Shown here: piece after piece, positions 35,866 to 45,077 of the stretch
Numbering within the stretch: position 1 is the stretch's first letter
Layout: every line of letters starts with the position of its first letter
Origin: Thermoplasmatota archaeon
GTDB taxonomy: Archaea; Thermoplasmatota; Poseidoniia; Poseidoniales; Thalassarchaeaceae
Assembly: GCA_036251765.1 (NCBI GenBank)
Contig: JAZANL010000062.1
Location: forward strand, 1-57,536
Direction: 5' to 3'
DNA: 57,536 bases
Translations under genes and position numbers: made by a program
Notes under the pieces: generated by a model
Told to the model about the DNA's origin: nothing
The model's input: only the letters and a program-made list of their open reading frames with translations
The model's database searches: none

Positions 35866-36198
35866 ATGGAAAGGCTTTCTGCTATGGAATGTGTCCCTTG
35901 TGAAGGAGGCACCCCTCCTCTCAGCGAAGAGGAGTCTGCAGCATTCATAGTTCAGATACACGAAGACTGGGAGATAGTGGATAATCACCACATTACTCGT
36001 GCATGGGATTTCCCAGACTTTGCATCTGCACTCGAATTCACCAATGCACTTGGGGAGATATGCGAGGAGCAATCTCATCACGCCGATTTCAGCCTTGGGT
36101 GGGGAAAATTGGTTGCTGTAATTTTCACTCATAAAATTGACGCCCTGACCGAGTCAGACTTCGTATTGGCTTCCAAGTTCGATGAAATCGAACGGTGA
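35866..36198 (+). CDS. Pterin-4-alpha-carbinolamine dehydratase (PCD/DCoH)
   Basis: WEIVDNHHITRAWDFPDFASALEFTNALGEICEEQSHHADFSLGWGKLVAVIFTHKIDALTESDF matches the PCD pattern (HHP/HHAD ... W ... v ... l-tH). ATG 35866 has GGGGGTGA 5 nt upstream. Confidence 0.8.
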   Translation: MERLSAMECVPCEGGTPPLSEEESAAFIVQIHEDWEIVDNHHITRAWDFPDFASALEFTNALGEICEEQSHHADFSLGWGKLVAVIFTHKIDALTESDFVLASKFDEIER

Positions 36199-36203
36199 AG
36201 GAA

Positions 36204-36773
36204 ATGTCAGAATTCCAAGAGTTGCTTACTTCAAGGCGCACCATCTATAGATTCAGTGACAAGAAGGTTAGCGAGGAAGAGCTAGAGTTGGCATTTGAAG
36301 CGGCTAGGAATGCTCCATGCCACAAGAATACCCATCCTTGGAAATTCTACGTAATGGGTGAAGAAGCCAGGGGGGAAATCATCCCCGAGGTAAAGAGACT
36401 GGCTGAGAAAAAGGTATCCTCTGGAGAGGATGCTGAGGCGGGAATCTCCAAGGCGGTGCAGAAAATTCTTTCTCCACCTGTTCTAATTTGTGTTACTAGC
36501 GCCTTGACACCTGAGGACGCATTTCGAGAAGAGGAAGACTACGCTGCAACAGTATGTGCTACACACAACCTTGTCCTCTCCCTATGGGGCAATGGCATAG
36601 GGTCCCAGTGGAGCACTGGTGCGATAACACGTTCAAAGGCTACCTATGATGCCATTCGAGCATCACCTGATGAAGAGAGAATAATTGGATTCATCAAGAT
36701 TGGCCATCCGTTGGGTGAATTGCCATCTAAGAAAAAGAAGGAGATAGAAGAAATTAGAAAATACATCCCATAG
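36204..36773 (+). CDS. Nitroreductase-family flavoprotein
   Basis: LLTSRRTIYRFSDKKVSEEELELAFEAARNAPCHKNTHPWKFYV is a typical nitroreductase N-terminus. Confidence 0.8.
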   Translation: MSEFQELLTSRRTIYRFSDKKVSEEELELAFEAARNAPCHKNTHPWKFYVMGEEARGEIIPEVKRLAEKKVSSGEDAEAGISKAVQKILSPPVLICVTSALTPEDAFREEEDYAATVCATHNLVLSLWGNGIGSQWSTGAITRSKATYDAIRASPDEERIIGFIKIGHPLGELPSKKKKEIEEIRKYIP

Positions 36774-36807
36774 AGGGGTGTTAAGAGACTAAGTTCGAGG
36801 TGCTTCA

Positions 36808-37830
36808 ATGAGGAAAATTGTCTACCCAAAGGCCGGTGGAGTCGAGACAATCGAGATCGTGGAGGATGCAGACCCTGTGCCGGAAAGAGGAGAAGTGTGC
36901 ATCAGAATTCACAGGGCGGGAATAAACTTCGCAGAATTGATGATGAGGCAGGGGCTATACGGCTCTAGTCCTGACTTCCCATTCACTCCCGGATACGAGG
37001 CGTCCGGAGTAGTAATTGGAGTCGGAGAAGGTGTAGATTCCCTAAGGGAGGGTGATCGAGTCCTAGCTATGACTGGATTTGGGGGATATTCGGAAAAGGT
37101 CTGCCTAGATTCTAGGAGAGTCATCCCCATTCCAGACTCGGTCTCTTTCGACCAAGCAGCCTCCATTCCAGTCACATATGGTACAGCATTCCACATGCTA
37201 GTTCACCTAGGCAGGATTAGAGAGGGGGATTCTGTCCTAATCCATCACGCTGCTGGTGGTGTGGGTACTGCAGTGGCTCAGATATGTGAGGCCTTCGGGG
37301 CTTCTCTTGTTGTCGGGACCGCGTCCACTCCGAAGAGGAGTTTTGTGGAGTCGATGGGCATGAGATTTGTAGACAGGGAGAAAGAGGACTTCGAAGAGGT
37401 GTGTAAGCAGATGACAGATGGAAGAGGCGTCCATCATGCAATCGACCCAGTTGGCGGTAGCCACCTACTACGATCTTACAAGTCCCTTCGTAAGGGCGGG
37501 AAACTCTACTATTTCGGAGCATCTGCAGCAGTAAAGGGCGAAAGGAGGTCGAGGCTTTCAGAACTTAGAATGTGGTGGGGGATGCCTCGATTTGACCCCA
37601 TCAGACTAATGACCTCTAACAAGGCGGTTTTTGGAGTCCACATGGGCCTACTCGAGGATGATTCAGTTTTCAAGAGTCATCTTGCTTCATTATCAAAGAT
37701 GCTAGAGGAAGGAAAGATAGACCCTGTAATCGACTCCGTGTGGAGGTTCGAAAATGTGGCGGATGCGCAGATGCACATTCATAATCGGAAAAATAAGGGG
37801 AAGGTCCTGTTGGACTTCTCACCTGAGTAA
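36808..37830 (+). CDS. Zn-independent MDR-family quinone oxidoreductase (zeta-crystallin/VAT-1-like)
   Basis: GEVCIRIHRAGINFAELMMRQGLY, PFTPGYEASGVV, VLIHHAAGGVGTAVAQI (NADPH fold), GKVLLDF C-terminus. Confidence 0.8.
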   Translation: MRKIVYPKAGGVETIEIVEDADPVPERGEVCIRIHRAGINFAELMMRQGLYGSSPDFPFTPGYEASGVVIGVGEGVDSLREGDRVLAMTGFGGYSEKVCLDSRRVIPIPDSVSFDQAASIPVTYGTAFHMLVHLGRIREGDSVLIHHAAGGVGTAVAQICEAFGASLVVGTASTPKRSFVESMGMRFVDREKEDFEEVCKQMTDGRGVHHAIDPVGGSHLLRSYKSLRKGGKLYYFGASAAVKGERRSRLSELRMWWGMPRFDPIRLMTSNKAVFGVHMGLLEDDSVFKSHLASLSKMLEEGKIDPVIDSVWRFENVADAQMHIHNRKNKGKVLLDFSPE

Positions 37831-38241
37831 CTACAGGCGAACTGGCCTTGTGGCACCACATGCCTGGCATTTCAATAGGGTCGTTCTATCTTCACGCATG
37901 AACCTCGTATCCGGAGCCTTGCACTCGCCGCATAGGATGTAGGTCTTCACATAGGAGACTATCTTCTCCTTGATTCTCTTGGGAGGGACCTTGCCCTTCA
38001 GCATGATTCTGACTTGCTCCCTACTCCCCGAAGTACCAAGTTCGTTCAGAAGATATTGAAAAACATGATTTGCGTCCCTATCCATCGCATCTACAATCTC
38101 CGAGAAGTTTCTGAGAATCGTCTGGCTTCCCTCGATCATGATGTCTGGCTGTGGCATAGTCCATCTGGAACGCTCGCTGATATCCTTGGGAATCCTCTCT
38201 CTAGCACGATCCAAGAGATCCTCGTATCCGCGGTTCGACAC
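37831..38241 (-). CDS. eif2b: Translation initiation factor aIF2 beta subunit
   Basis: YEDLLDRA..., and a C-terminal zinc ribbon YILCGECKAPDTRFMREDRTTLLKCQACGA. GTG start. Confidence 0.9.
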   Translation of the reverse strand: MSNRGYEDLLDRARERIPKDISERSRWTMPQPDIMIEGSQTILRNFSEIVDAMDRDANHVFQYLLNELGTSGSREQVRIMLKGKVPPKRIKEKIVSYVKTYILCGECKAPDTRFMREDRTTLLKCQACGATRPVRL

Positions 38242-38302
38242 ACCCGTCCGAGAATAGGGTGGCTTTTCACCCCACCGGGAGGTTGGGAACGGTCAAGGAC
38301 CG

Positions 38303-38770
38303 ATGCTGACTCGGAAACATATGGGTGCGACGCCCGTTGTCAAGGTAGCCAAGACCGACCCCGCCGCCAGGATGCCTACCAAGGGAAGCGCGCATGCTGC
38401 TGGATGGGACCTTTACTGCTTGGAGGACACAGTCGTAAACTTCAGGTCTAGCATGAAGTTAAGGACTGGTCTAAGAGTTGCCATTCCTGAAGGATTCGAA
38501 GGTCAAGTAAGGGCAAGGTCATCCCTAGGTTCGAAAGGCCTCATCCTCCCACATAGCATAGGAACAATTGATGCCGATTACAGGGGCGAATTGTTCGTCC
38601 TGATGACATGGATTGGAGAGGGTGATTCTTACAAGGTTAAGTCAGGAGAGAGGATAGCTCAACTAGTAATAGCTCCCATACCCGATGTTCAATTCTCAGA
38701 AGTTGAGATCGAGGATTTGGGGGAAACTGAGAGAGGCGAGGGCGGCTTTGGGAGCACCGGAAGATTCTGA
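38303..38770 (+). CDS. dut: dUTP diphosphatase, classical homotrimeric type
   Basis: All five Dut motifs are visible: AAGWDLY, RSSLGSKG, GTIDADYRGE, ERIAQLVI, RGEGGFGSTG. Alternative ATG at 38321. Confidence 0.88.
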   Translation: MLTRKHMGATPVVKVAKTDPAARMPTKGSAHAAGWDLYCLEDTVVNFRSSMKLRTGLRVAIPEGFEGQVRARSSLGSKGLILPHSIGTIDADYRGELFVLMTWIGEGDSYKVKSGERIAQLVIAPIPDVQFSEVEIEDLGETERGEGGFGSTGRF

Positions 38771-38842
38771 ATATGGAAAATATATCTCCGAGCATAGAAT
38801 AGCCCCGGTGGATTCATAGCACTCTAACGCTACCAACGACTG

Positions 38843-39424
38843 ATGCACCTAAGTGTAGATGAGTTAAGATCCAAGGTCGAAGAGTTCAGAACACGTGGAC
38901 TCAACACCCAGCAAATAGCGGATGAGCTTTCACTTTCACAGACCACTGTTCAGTGGCTCTCTGCCAGCGACTACGAGGTAGATGAAAAACCACTTGACGT
39001 TAAGGTCGGTTGGAGATCAATTGCTGTGAAAGGAGACCGAATCGAGGCGGTTTCGTACATTTTCTGCGACATCATAGATGAGATGGTGGGCGAGGATGTA
39101 GACACCATCGTAGGGGTGAGCATTAACGGCATAGCATTCGCTCAAGCGATTTCTTCCACTTTGGACCTGGAGATGGCAGTAGTAAGAAGCATCAACGAGG
39201 ATGTTAGCGGGCATCTTTCAGAAGTCTATGCAAGCATCGATGGGAAAAGGGTAATCATTGTTGATGATGTATACTCTTCCGGCACTACTATGCAAAAGAC
39301 TGCATCGGACCTCAAGGCATCTGGTGCGGATGTAAAAATGTGCATGGTTCTTGTAAACAAGTCCTGGGACGATGACGTCGATGGTGTGCCACTGAGGGCG
39401 CTGATTAGAGCAGCGACGGTCTGA
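38843..39424 (+). CDS. HTH-plus-phosphoribosyltransferase protein (GfcR / orotate PRTase-like regulator family)
   Basis: N-terminal HTH RGLNTQQIADELSLSQTTVQWL. C-terminal PRPP loop VIIVDDVYSSGTTM. Confidence 0.7.
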   Translation: MHLSVDELRSKVEEFRTRGLNTQQIADELSLSQTTVQWLSASDYEVDEKPLDVKVGWRSIAVKGDRIEAVSYIFCDIIDEMVGEDVDTIVGVSINGIAFAQAISSTLDLEMAVVRSINEDVSGHLSEVYASIDGKRVIIVDDVYSSGTTMQKTASDLKASGADVKMCMVLVNKSWDDDVDGVPLRALIRAATV

Positions 39425-39432
39425 GGTGGCGC

Positions 39433-41004
39433 ATGCACTGGGCGGATTATACCGCACAAAGGCTCATGGAGCGTGGTGGGAAACAGGTATCAGCATCTGG
39501 CATCACGCCCTCAGGTGAGTTCCACATAGGCCACCTGAGGGAGATTCTCTCGGCCGAGATGATCCATAGGGCATGCATTGATGCCGGGCTAGATTCGAAA
39601 TACATCTTCATCGTTGATTCAATGGACCCACTAAGGAGAGTGTATGATTTCCTATCACCCGAATACGAGGAATATATCGGCCAGCCACTCGCATATATCC
39701 CAGCACCCGATTCCGAGGGAAGGCCAAGGGGAGCGGGCACTTACGCGGAGCACTTCCTTGGGCCTTTCCTCGAGGCCCTAGGCGAGATAGGCGTCCGTCC
39801 AGAGGTGGTAATGAACCACGAGACTTACGAATCCGGGGAATTCGCGGAGTACATCGACTTAGCCATCTCAAATAAGGAAGAGATCAGGGCAATCATCCAG
39901 GAGATTTCAGGGAGAGAGCTTGCTGGAGACTGGTTCCCTTACAACCCAATGGGGTCCGATGGGAGCATGGATGGGGTGACCGTGACAAGCTATGAGAAGC
40001 CATTCGTCCATTGGACTGACTCGAATGGAAAAGAAGGGAAATCAGACATCAGAAAGGCCGAGGGGAAAATGCCTTGGAGAATTGACTGGGCAGCCAGATG
40101 GGCGATTCATGGCATTACTTGCGAGCCGGCCGGAAAGGACCATGGGTCCGCAGGAGGAAGTTACGATACCGGCATTCCGATTTGCAAACTCCTAGGTGGA
40201 GATCCCCCGGACAAAATAGTGTACGAGTGGATCCAATTGAAGGGAATGGGGCCCATGTCAAGCTCCACCGGACTCACCATCGGGCCGATGGAGGCCCTCT
40301 CCCTTGTCCCCCCTGAGATTCTTCGTTTCGTAATCGCCAGGAGCAAGATCAACCGACATATAGAATTCGATACGGGAGGAGCCCTTTTCCGTACTGCTGA
40401 CGAGTATGAAAGACTTGTTTCCAGACCGTCTCAGGAAGAGGAGGGTATGACAAAAAGGCAGTTGGTGGCCGCCCAGACCCAACAAGGGGCCATCAGGCTG
40501 AGTCAAGTGGAGTCCGGTTCAGACCCACTTGAGTCAGTAGGCGGGGTTTCGTTCAGGCACCTATCAATGCTCGCGCAGATCAAGTCCTCCGACGAGGACG
40601 TCTGGGAATCCCTGAATCGGTCAGGCCACATCGAAGGCGAACCTGGGGAGTCGCTAATGGTCAGACTATCTAGGATGAGGACTTGGATTGATGGTCCGCA
40701 CTTCCCAGAAGACGCCAAGATCGAGATCAAGATGGAACTGGGCGATGAAACCAGGGAGAGGCTAGACTCTGAGAGCAAGCAATTCCTTTCTGCGCTCTCA
40801 CCCCTCCTTTCGGAATGTGAATGGACAGATGAGCAGATTAACGAGGCGATTGCGAGCGCCTGCGAGTCTTCAGGAATAGAAAGAAGGAAGGGGTATTCCA
40901 CGATATATTGGGCACTAATTGGAAGGAGTCATGGACCCAAGGCTTCCTCCCTACTCTTCGAGCTTGACAGAAATGCAGTTCTATCGCTCCTAGGGAGTGC
41001 TTAG
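39433..41004 (+). CDS. lysS: Lysine--tRNA ligase, class I
   Basis: ASGITPSGEFHIGHLREI (HIGH) and a KMSKS-equivalent GMGPMSSSTG. Length and layout are typical of archaeal class I LysRS. Confidence 0.9.
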   Translation: MHWADYTAQRLMERGGKQVSASGITPSGEFHIGHLREILSAEMIHRACIDAGLDSKYIFIVDSMDPLRRVYDFLSPEYEEYIGQPLAYIPAPDSEGRPRGAGTYAEHFLGPFLEALGEIGVRPEVVMNHETYESGEFAEYIDLAISNKEEIRAIIQEISGRELAGDWFPYNPMGSDGSMDGVTVTSYEKPFVHWTDSNGKEGKSDIRKAEGKMPWRIDWAARWAIHGITCEPAGKDHGSAGGSYDTGIPICKLLGGDPPDKIVYEWIQLKGMGPMSSSTGLTIGPMEALSLVPPEILRFVIARSKINRHIEFDTGGALFRTADEYERLVSRPSQEEEGMTKRQLVAAQTQQGAIRLSQVESGSDPLESVGGVSFRHLSMLAQIKSSDEDVWESLNRSGHIEGEPGESLMVRLSRMRTWIDGPHFPEDAKIEIKMELGDETRERLDSESKQFLSALSPLLSECEWTDEQINEAIASACESSGIERRKGYSTIYWALIGRSHGPKASSLLFELDRNAVLSLLGSA

Positions 41005-41308
41005 AGTGGAAAAGGAAGAGTCGTACATCCTCGCACTTCATGGAATTGCCATATCTTGCTTCTACATTCTTCTGAGCATCTTGCTGAGGCTCGCAGAATG
41101 GTTCGCAATGACGATAACGGGTTGGGGAGGCCTCGCAGAGGGTTTCCCTTGGTGGATTATTCTCCCTCTAACTGTCACCTTCTATCCGCCTGTATTTATC
41201 TACTACAGAGAGAACCTAGATCAAGTCAACCCAAAGGATGACTTGATTACTGCTTTGCTACTTATCCCACTACTATTGATTGGATACGTGGTCCTATCAA
41301 TCCTATAG
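40997..41308 (+). CDS. Small hypothetical membrane protein (3 TM)
   Basis: Hydrophobic segments IAISCFYILLSILL, FPWWIILPLTVTFYPPVFIYY, ALLLIPLLLIGYVVLSIL. GTG start, with the position uncertain (40997 or 41006). Confidence 0.5.
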   Translation: MLRVEKEESYILALHGIAISCFYILLSILLRLAEWFAMTITGWGGLAEGFPWWIILPLTVTFYPPVFIYYRENLDQVNPKDDLITALLLIPLLLIGYVVLSIL

Positions 41309-41319
41309 AAAAATATCAA

Positions 41320-41673
41320 ATGAGCCATACTGGACCATCAATCATGGGAGTTTACGAACTACTGATGAAGGCAATGGAAGAGAGGGACGAAAGGCACTAC
41401 ATAGAGGCATTACACGATGACTTCGAATTCGTACGTCATCAAACTGGGACGACAATGAGCAAGTCCAAGATGAGCGAGATGATGGCTAGCATGATGGCCA
41501 ATAAGGATGTAGTAATCAATAATCCAAGATGCATCTACGAGAACGAGGATATCCTGGTCGAGCACTCTGTGATGGACTTCCCAGATGGGACAACCGAGGC
41601 GGTAATGGCCGTCCACACAAAGAAGGATGGGAAGATAATCAGGACAGAGACCGGAGCCACCCTAATTAATTGA
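41320..41673 (+). CDS. Hypothetical protein, possibly NTF2/SnoaL-like fold
   Basis: 117-aa ORF. The fold call rests only on size and the YIEALHDDFEFV...AVHTKKDGKIIRTE pattern, so it is weak. Confidence 0.5.
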   Translation: MSHTGPSIMGVYELLMKAMEERDERHYIEALHDDFEFVRHQTGTTMSKSKMSEMMASMMANKDVVINNPRCIYENEDILVEHSVMDFPDGTTEAVMAVHTKKDGKIIRTETGATLIN

Positions 41674-41696
41674 GTCAAGTTAGAAGGTAAATCCTA

Positions 41697-41703
41697 TTTT
41701 TTT
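41697..41703 (+). terminator. Oligo-T (T7) tract, archaeal-type terminator candidate
   Basis: TTTTTTT lies 24 nt after the stop of the 41320-41673 gene, in the 32-bp gap before convergent carB. Confidence 0.4.
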
Positions 41704-41705
41704 CT

Positions 41706-44700
41706 CTAGTTAAGGGATTTGATATCCAGAAGCCTTGGTTCTGGAATCCCATCCAAGGCTTCCTTGATCGCCTCAACCTCCATTCTTGCACCTGCCATGG
41801 TAGTTACGAAGGGTATGTTGAGTTCAACTGCCAGCCTCCTCATCATGTTGCCATCCAGAACCGCCCCTCCAGTCGATCTGGGAGTATTGATGACGAGTTG
41901 TATCTTTCCTTGGCGCATCAGGTCGAGCGCGTCGGGAGATCTCCCCTCTGCAATCCTGTAGCACGTCTCCACCTCCAATTCTCCGACTCCACGAAGTACG
42001 CGAGAGGTGCCCCTTGTAGCGAAAATAGTGAATCCCATTTCCTTGAGGCTATCTGCTAGTGGGATCATTGCATACTTGTCCTCATCCTTCACCGTGATGT
42101 AAACCCCTCCCTCCGTAGGCACGGGGATTTCGGTTGCGAGTCTTGCCTTGAGGTAGGCAGCTGATGCCCTAACGTGGGAACCCATGACCTCCCCGGTCGA
42201 TTTCATCTCGGGACCTGGTGCGGGATCCAGCCCACGAAGTTTGATGAATGGGAAAACGGGGGCCTTGACGCACACGGCATCGGTATGCGGTTCCGGGATC
42301 TCCAAATCGCACAGCCTATCACCCAAGGCGACTCTTGCAGCGATCCTTGCAAGTGGGATCCCTGTGGACTTGGCTACGAAGGGGAACGTCCGAGACCCCC
42401 TCGGGTTTACTTCGAGAACGTACAGCAGACCGTCGTGGATTGCAAACTGGATGTTGTAGCAGCCGCGAATTCCAAGTTCCAGCCCTATCACCCTCGTCCA
42501 TTCATGGACTTGCTCGAGGATCTCATCTGGTACGTTCTGCGGAGGAATGAAGCAAGTAGAATCTCCCGAGTGTATCCCTGCTTCTTCCAGATGCTCCATT
42601 ATCGCGCCCACTAGGACGTCCTCTCCATCGCATACGGCATCGACATCCAGTTCCATCGCGTTTCCAAGATACTTGTCGATAAGCAGGGGCCTGTCTGATG
42701 AAAGGTAAGCATCCCTCATGTATGACTCCAACTGCTTGTAGTTGGCCAGAATCTCCATCCCCCTCCCTCCAAGGACGTAGGAGGGACGGACCAGAACCGG
42801 GTAGCCGATCTCATTTGCGGCATGCCTAACGCCCTCTGGATTAGTTGCAGTTGCACCATCTGGCATCCTCAGACCGCATCGAAGTGCGAACGCCTCGAAT
42901 CTTTCACGGTCGCTTGCCTCGTCTACCGATTCAGGGGACGTGCCCTCCATCACAAGCTCCAGACCCATAGACGAGAGGTGAGGCAGTTCATCGGACAGGG
43001 GCAGTGCTAGGTTTATCGCAGTCTGGCCGCCGAATTGCAGCAGGATCCCATTGGCGTCTTCCCTGAGGAGTATCTCAGAGACTGATTCCAGAGTCAATGG
43101 GTCGAAGTACAGCCTGTCGCTGGTGTCGAAGTCAGTAGATACCGTCTCCGGGTTGTTGTTGATGATTATCGCCTCATGCCCCAAGTCCTGTATCGCGCCT
43201 GCAGCGTGCACGCACCCGTAGTCAAACTCAATTCCCTGTCCGATTCGAATCGGTCCCGAACCCACGACAGCTATCCTCTGCTTGACCGAGGATGCTAATC
43301 CTGGGACGTAGTCAACTCCGGATTCAGCCGAACCGCCCTCATAAGTCGAGTAGTAGTATGGAGTTACTGCAGCGAACTCAGCGGCGCACGAGTCGACCAT
43401 CCGATATCTTGGGTGTACGCCTATTTCGTGCCTCCTAATCCTTACAGCGGTTTCATCTTGGCCGGTTGGGAGATTCTTGAAGCCGCTCTCTGGGAAGCCG
43501 CAAAGCGCATCCGCAATATGCAGATCTGTGAATCCCGCCCCCTTCCATGACCTCATCTCTGATTGTGGTATTTCGGCAGGTCGCATGCCTATCTCTCCAG
43601 CCGCTCTGATCTCCGTCTCTATAGCCGCAATTCTCTCGAACCTTCTAAGGAACCACCTTGTAATTCCACCAGTTAGATCCCTCACGTCCTCAATCGAGTA
43701 GCCTCTTCTAAAAGCCTCAATGACGGCTCCAAGCCTCCTATCCGTGGGTATTCGAAGCCAGTCCTCGAGGAGTGCTGTTGGTAGTCTCTCTGAAGCCCGC
43801 TCATCCATAGTCTCGCCATCGGAAGCATCGGACATAGTCAATGGCCTTGGATGAGGTTTTCCGTACTCTAGGCTAGCCCAAGCCTTGAGGCACGCTTCCT
43901 CGAAGGAACGGCCAATGGCCATCACCTCGCCAGTAGATTTCATCGAGGTCCCGAGGCTCCTGTCAGCAGTCCTGAACTTGTCGAACGGCCATCTGGGAAT
44001 CTTGACGACACAATAGTCCAGGGTTGGTTCAAATGCAGCCGTGGTACCTTCTCCGGTAATTGGATTGGGGAGCTCATCCAGTGTGTAGCCGACGGCAATC
44101 AAGGCAGCCATCCTTGCGATTGGATAGCCTGTTGCCTTGGAAGCCAATGCAGATGAGCGAGAGACTCGAGGATTCACCTCAATGACCCTATAGTCCCCAG
44201 TAGCCTGATCGACTGCGAACTGTACATTGCATCCGCCCTTGATGTTGAGTCTCCTGATTAGTTTCAGGGCCGAGTCACGAAGACCCTGATGGTCACGATC
44301 GGAAAGGGTCTGTTGTGGGGCCACTACAATCGACTCGCCCGTATGAACTCCCATCGGATCGATGTTCTCCATAGTGCACACGATAATCGCGTTGTCCGAG
44401 CTGTCCCTCATCACCTCATACTCATGCTCTTGCCAGCCTAGGATGCTCTCCTCAATTAGCACCTGGCCAATGGCTGAGTGCAAAATCCCCTGGCTAGCAA
44501 TCTCAACCAACTCCCCCATGTTGAATGCAGTTCCACCTCCGAGGCCCCCGAGGGTGAAGGCGGGCCTAATCAGCAATGGGAAGGAGCCTAGTTCCTCAGC
44601 CGCTGCTATTACCTCCTCAATCGATTCGCATGCCATTGCCTTGCATACAGGTAGATCGATTTCCTCGCACACCCTCTTGAACAGGTCCCTGTCTTCCGCC

Positions 44701-45077
44701 TCATCTATAGCAGCAAGATTGCACCCTATCAGCTCAACCCCCAACTCGTCCAGGGTTCCGTCCTTAGCGAGAGCGGAGGCAATGTTCAGAGCAGTCTGCC
44801 CACCCATGCCTGCTAGAAGTGCGTCTGGCTTCTCAGACTCCATGATTCTCTTCACCACCTCTGGCAGGAGCGGTTCGATGTATATCCTATCAGCCATCTC
44901 TGGGTCGTTCTGAATGGTTGCTGGGTTGGAGTTGACTAGAATGACCTCATAACCGTCTGAGCGTAGTGCTCTGCAGGCCTGTGAGCCGGAGAAATCGAAC
45001 TCGGCTGCCTGGCCAATACGAATAGGTCCGCTACCAAGGATGAGGATGCGCTTCAAGTCATCACGACGAGGCATCAA
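41706..45077 (-). CDS. carB: Carbamoyl-phosphate synthase large subunit
   Basis: 1,123 aa. ILILGSGPIRIGQAAEFDFSG and the second-half IAVVGSGPIRIGQGIEFDYG show the duplicated ATP-grasp halves. C-terminal MGS-like domain. Confidence 0.95.
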   Translation of the reverse strand: MMPRRDDLKRILILGSGPIRIGQAAEFDFSGSQACRALRSDGYEVILVNSNPATIQNDPEMADRIYIEPLLPEVVKRIMESEKPDALLAGMGGQTALNIASALAKDGTLDELGVELIGCNLAAIDEAEDRDLFKRVCEEIDLPVCKAMACESIEEVIAAAEELGSFPLLIRPAFTLGGLGGGTAFNMGELVEIASQGILHSAIGQVLIEESILGWQEHEYEVMRDSSDNAIIVCTMENIDPMGVHTGESIVVAPQQTLSDRDHQGLRDSALKLIRRLNIKGGCNVQFAVDQATGDYRVIEVNPRVSRSSALASKATGYPIARMAALIAVGYTLDELPNPITGEGTTAAFEPTLDYCVVKIPRWPFDKFRTADRSLGTSMKSTGEVMAIGRSFEEACLKAWASLEYGKPHPRPLTMSDASDGETMDERASERLPTALLEDWLRIPTDRRLGAVIEAFRRGYSIEDVRDLTGGITRWFLRRFERIAAIETEIRAAGEIGMRPAEIPQSEMRSWKGAGFTDLHIADALCGFPESGFKNLPTGQDETAVRIRRHEIGVHPRYRMVDSCAAEFAAVTPYYYSTYEGGSAESGVDYVPGLASSVKQRIAVVGSGPIRIGQGIEFDYGCVHAAGAIQDLGHEAIIINNNPETVSTDFDTSDRLYFDPLTLESVSEILLREDANGILLQFGGQTAINLALPLSDELPHLSSMGLELVMEGTSPESVDEASDRERFEAFALRCGLRMPDGATATNPEGVRHAANEIGYPVLVRPSYVLGGRGMEILANYKQLESYMRDAYLSSDRPLLIDKYLGNAMELDVDAVCDGEDVLVGAIMEHLEEAGIHSGDSTCFIPPQNVPDEILEQVHEWTRVIGLELGIRGCYNIQFAIHDGLLYVLEVNPRGSRTFPFVAKSTGIPLARIAARVALGDRLCDLEIPEPHTDAVCVKAPVFPFIKLRGLDPAPGPEMKSTGEVMGSHVRASAAYLKARLATEIPVPTEGGVYITVKDEDKYAMIPLADSLKEMGFTIFATRGTSRVLRGVGELEVETCYRIAEGRSPDALDLMRQGKIQLVINTPRSTGGAVLDGNMMRRLAVELNIPFVTTMAGARMEVEAIKEALDGIPEPRLLDIKSLN

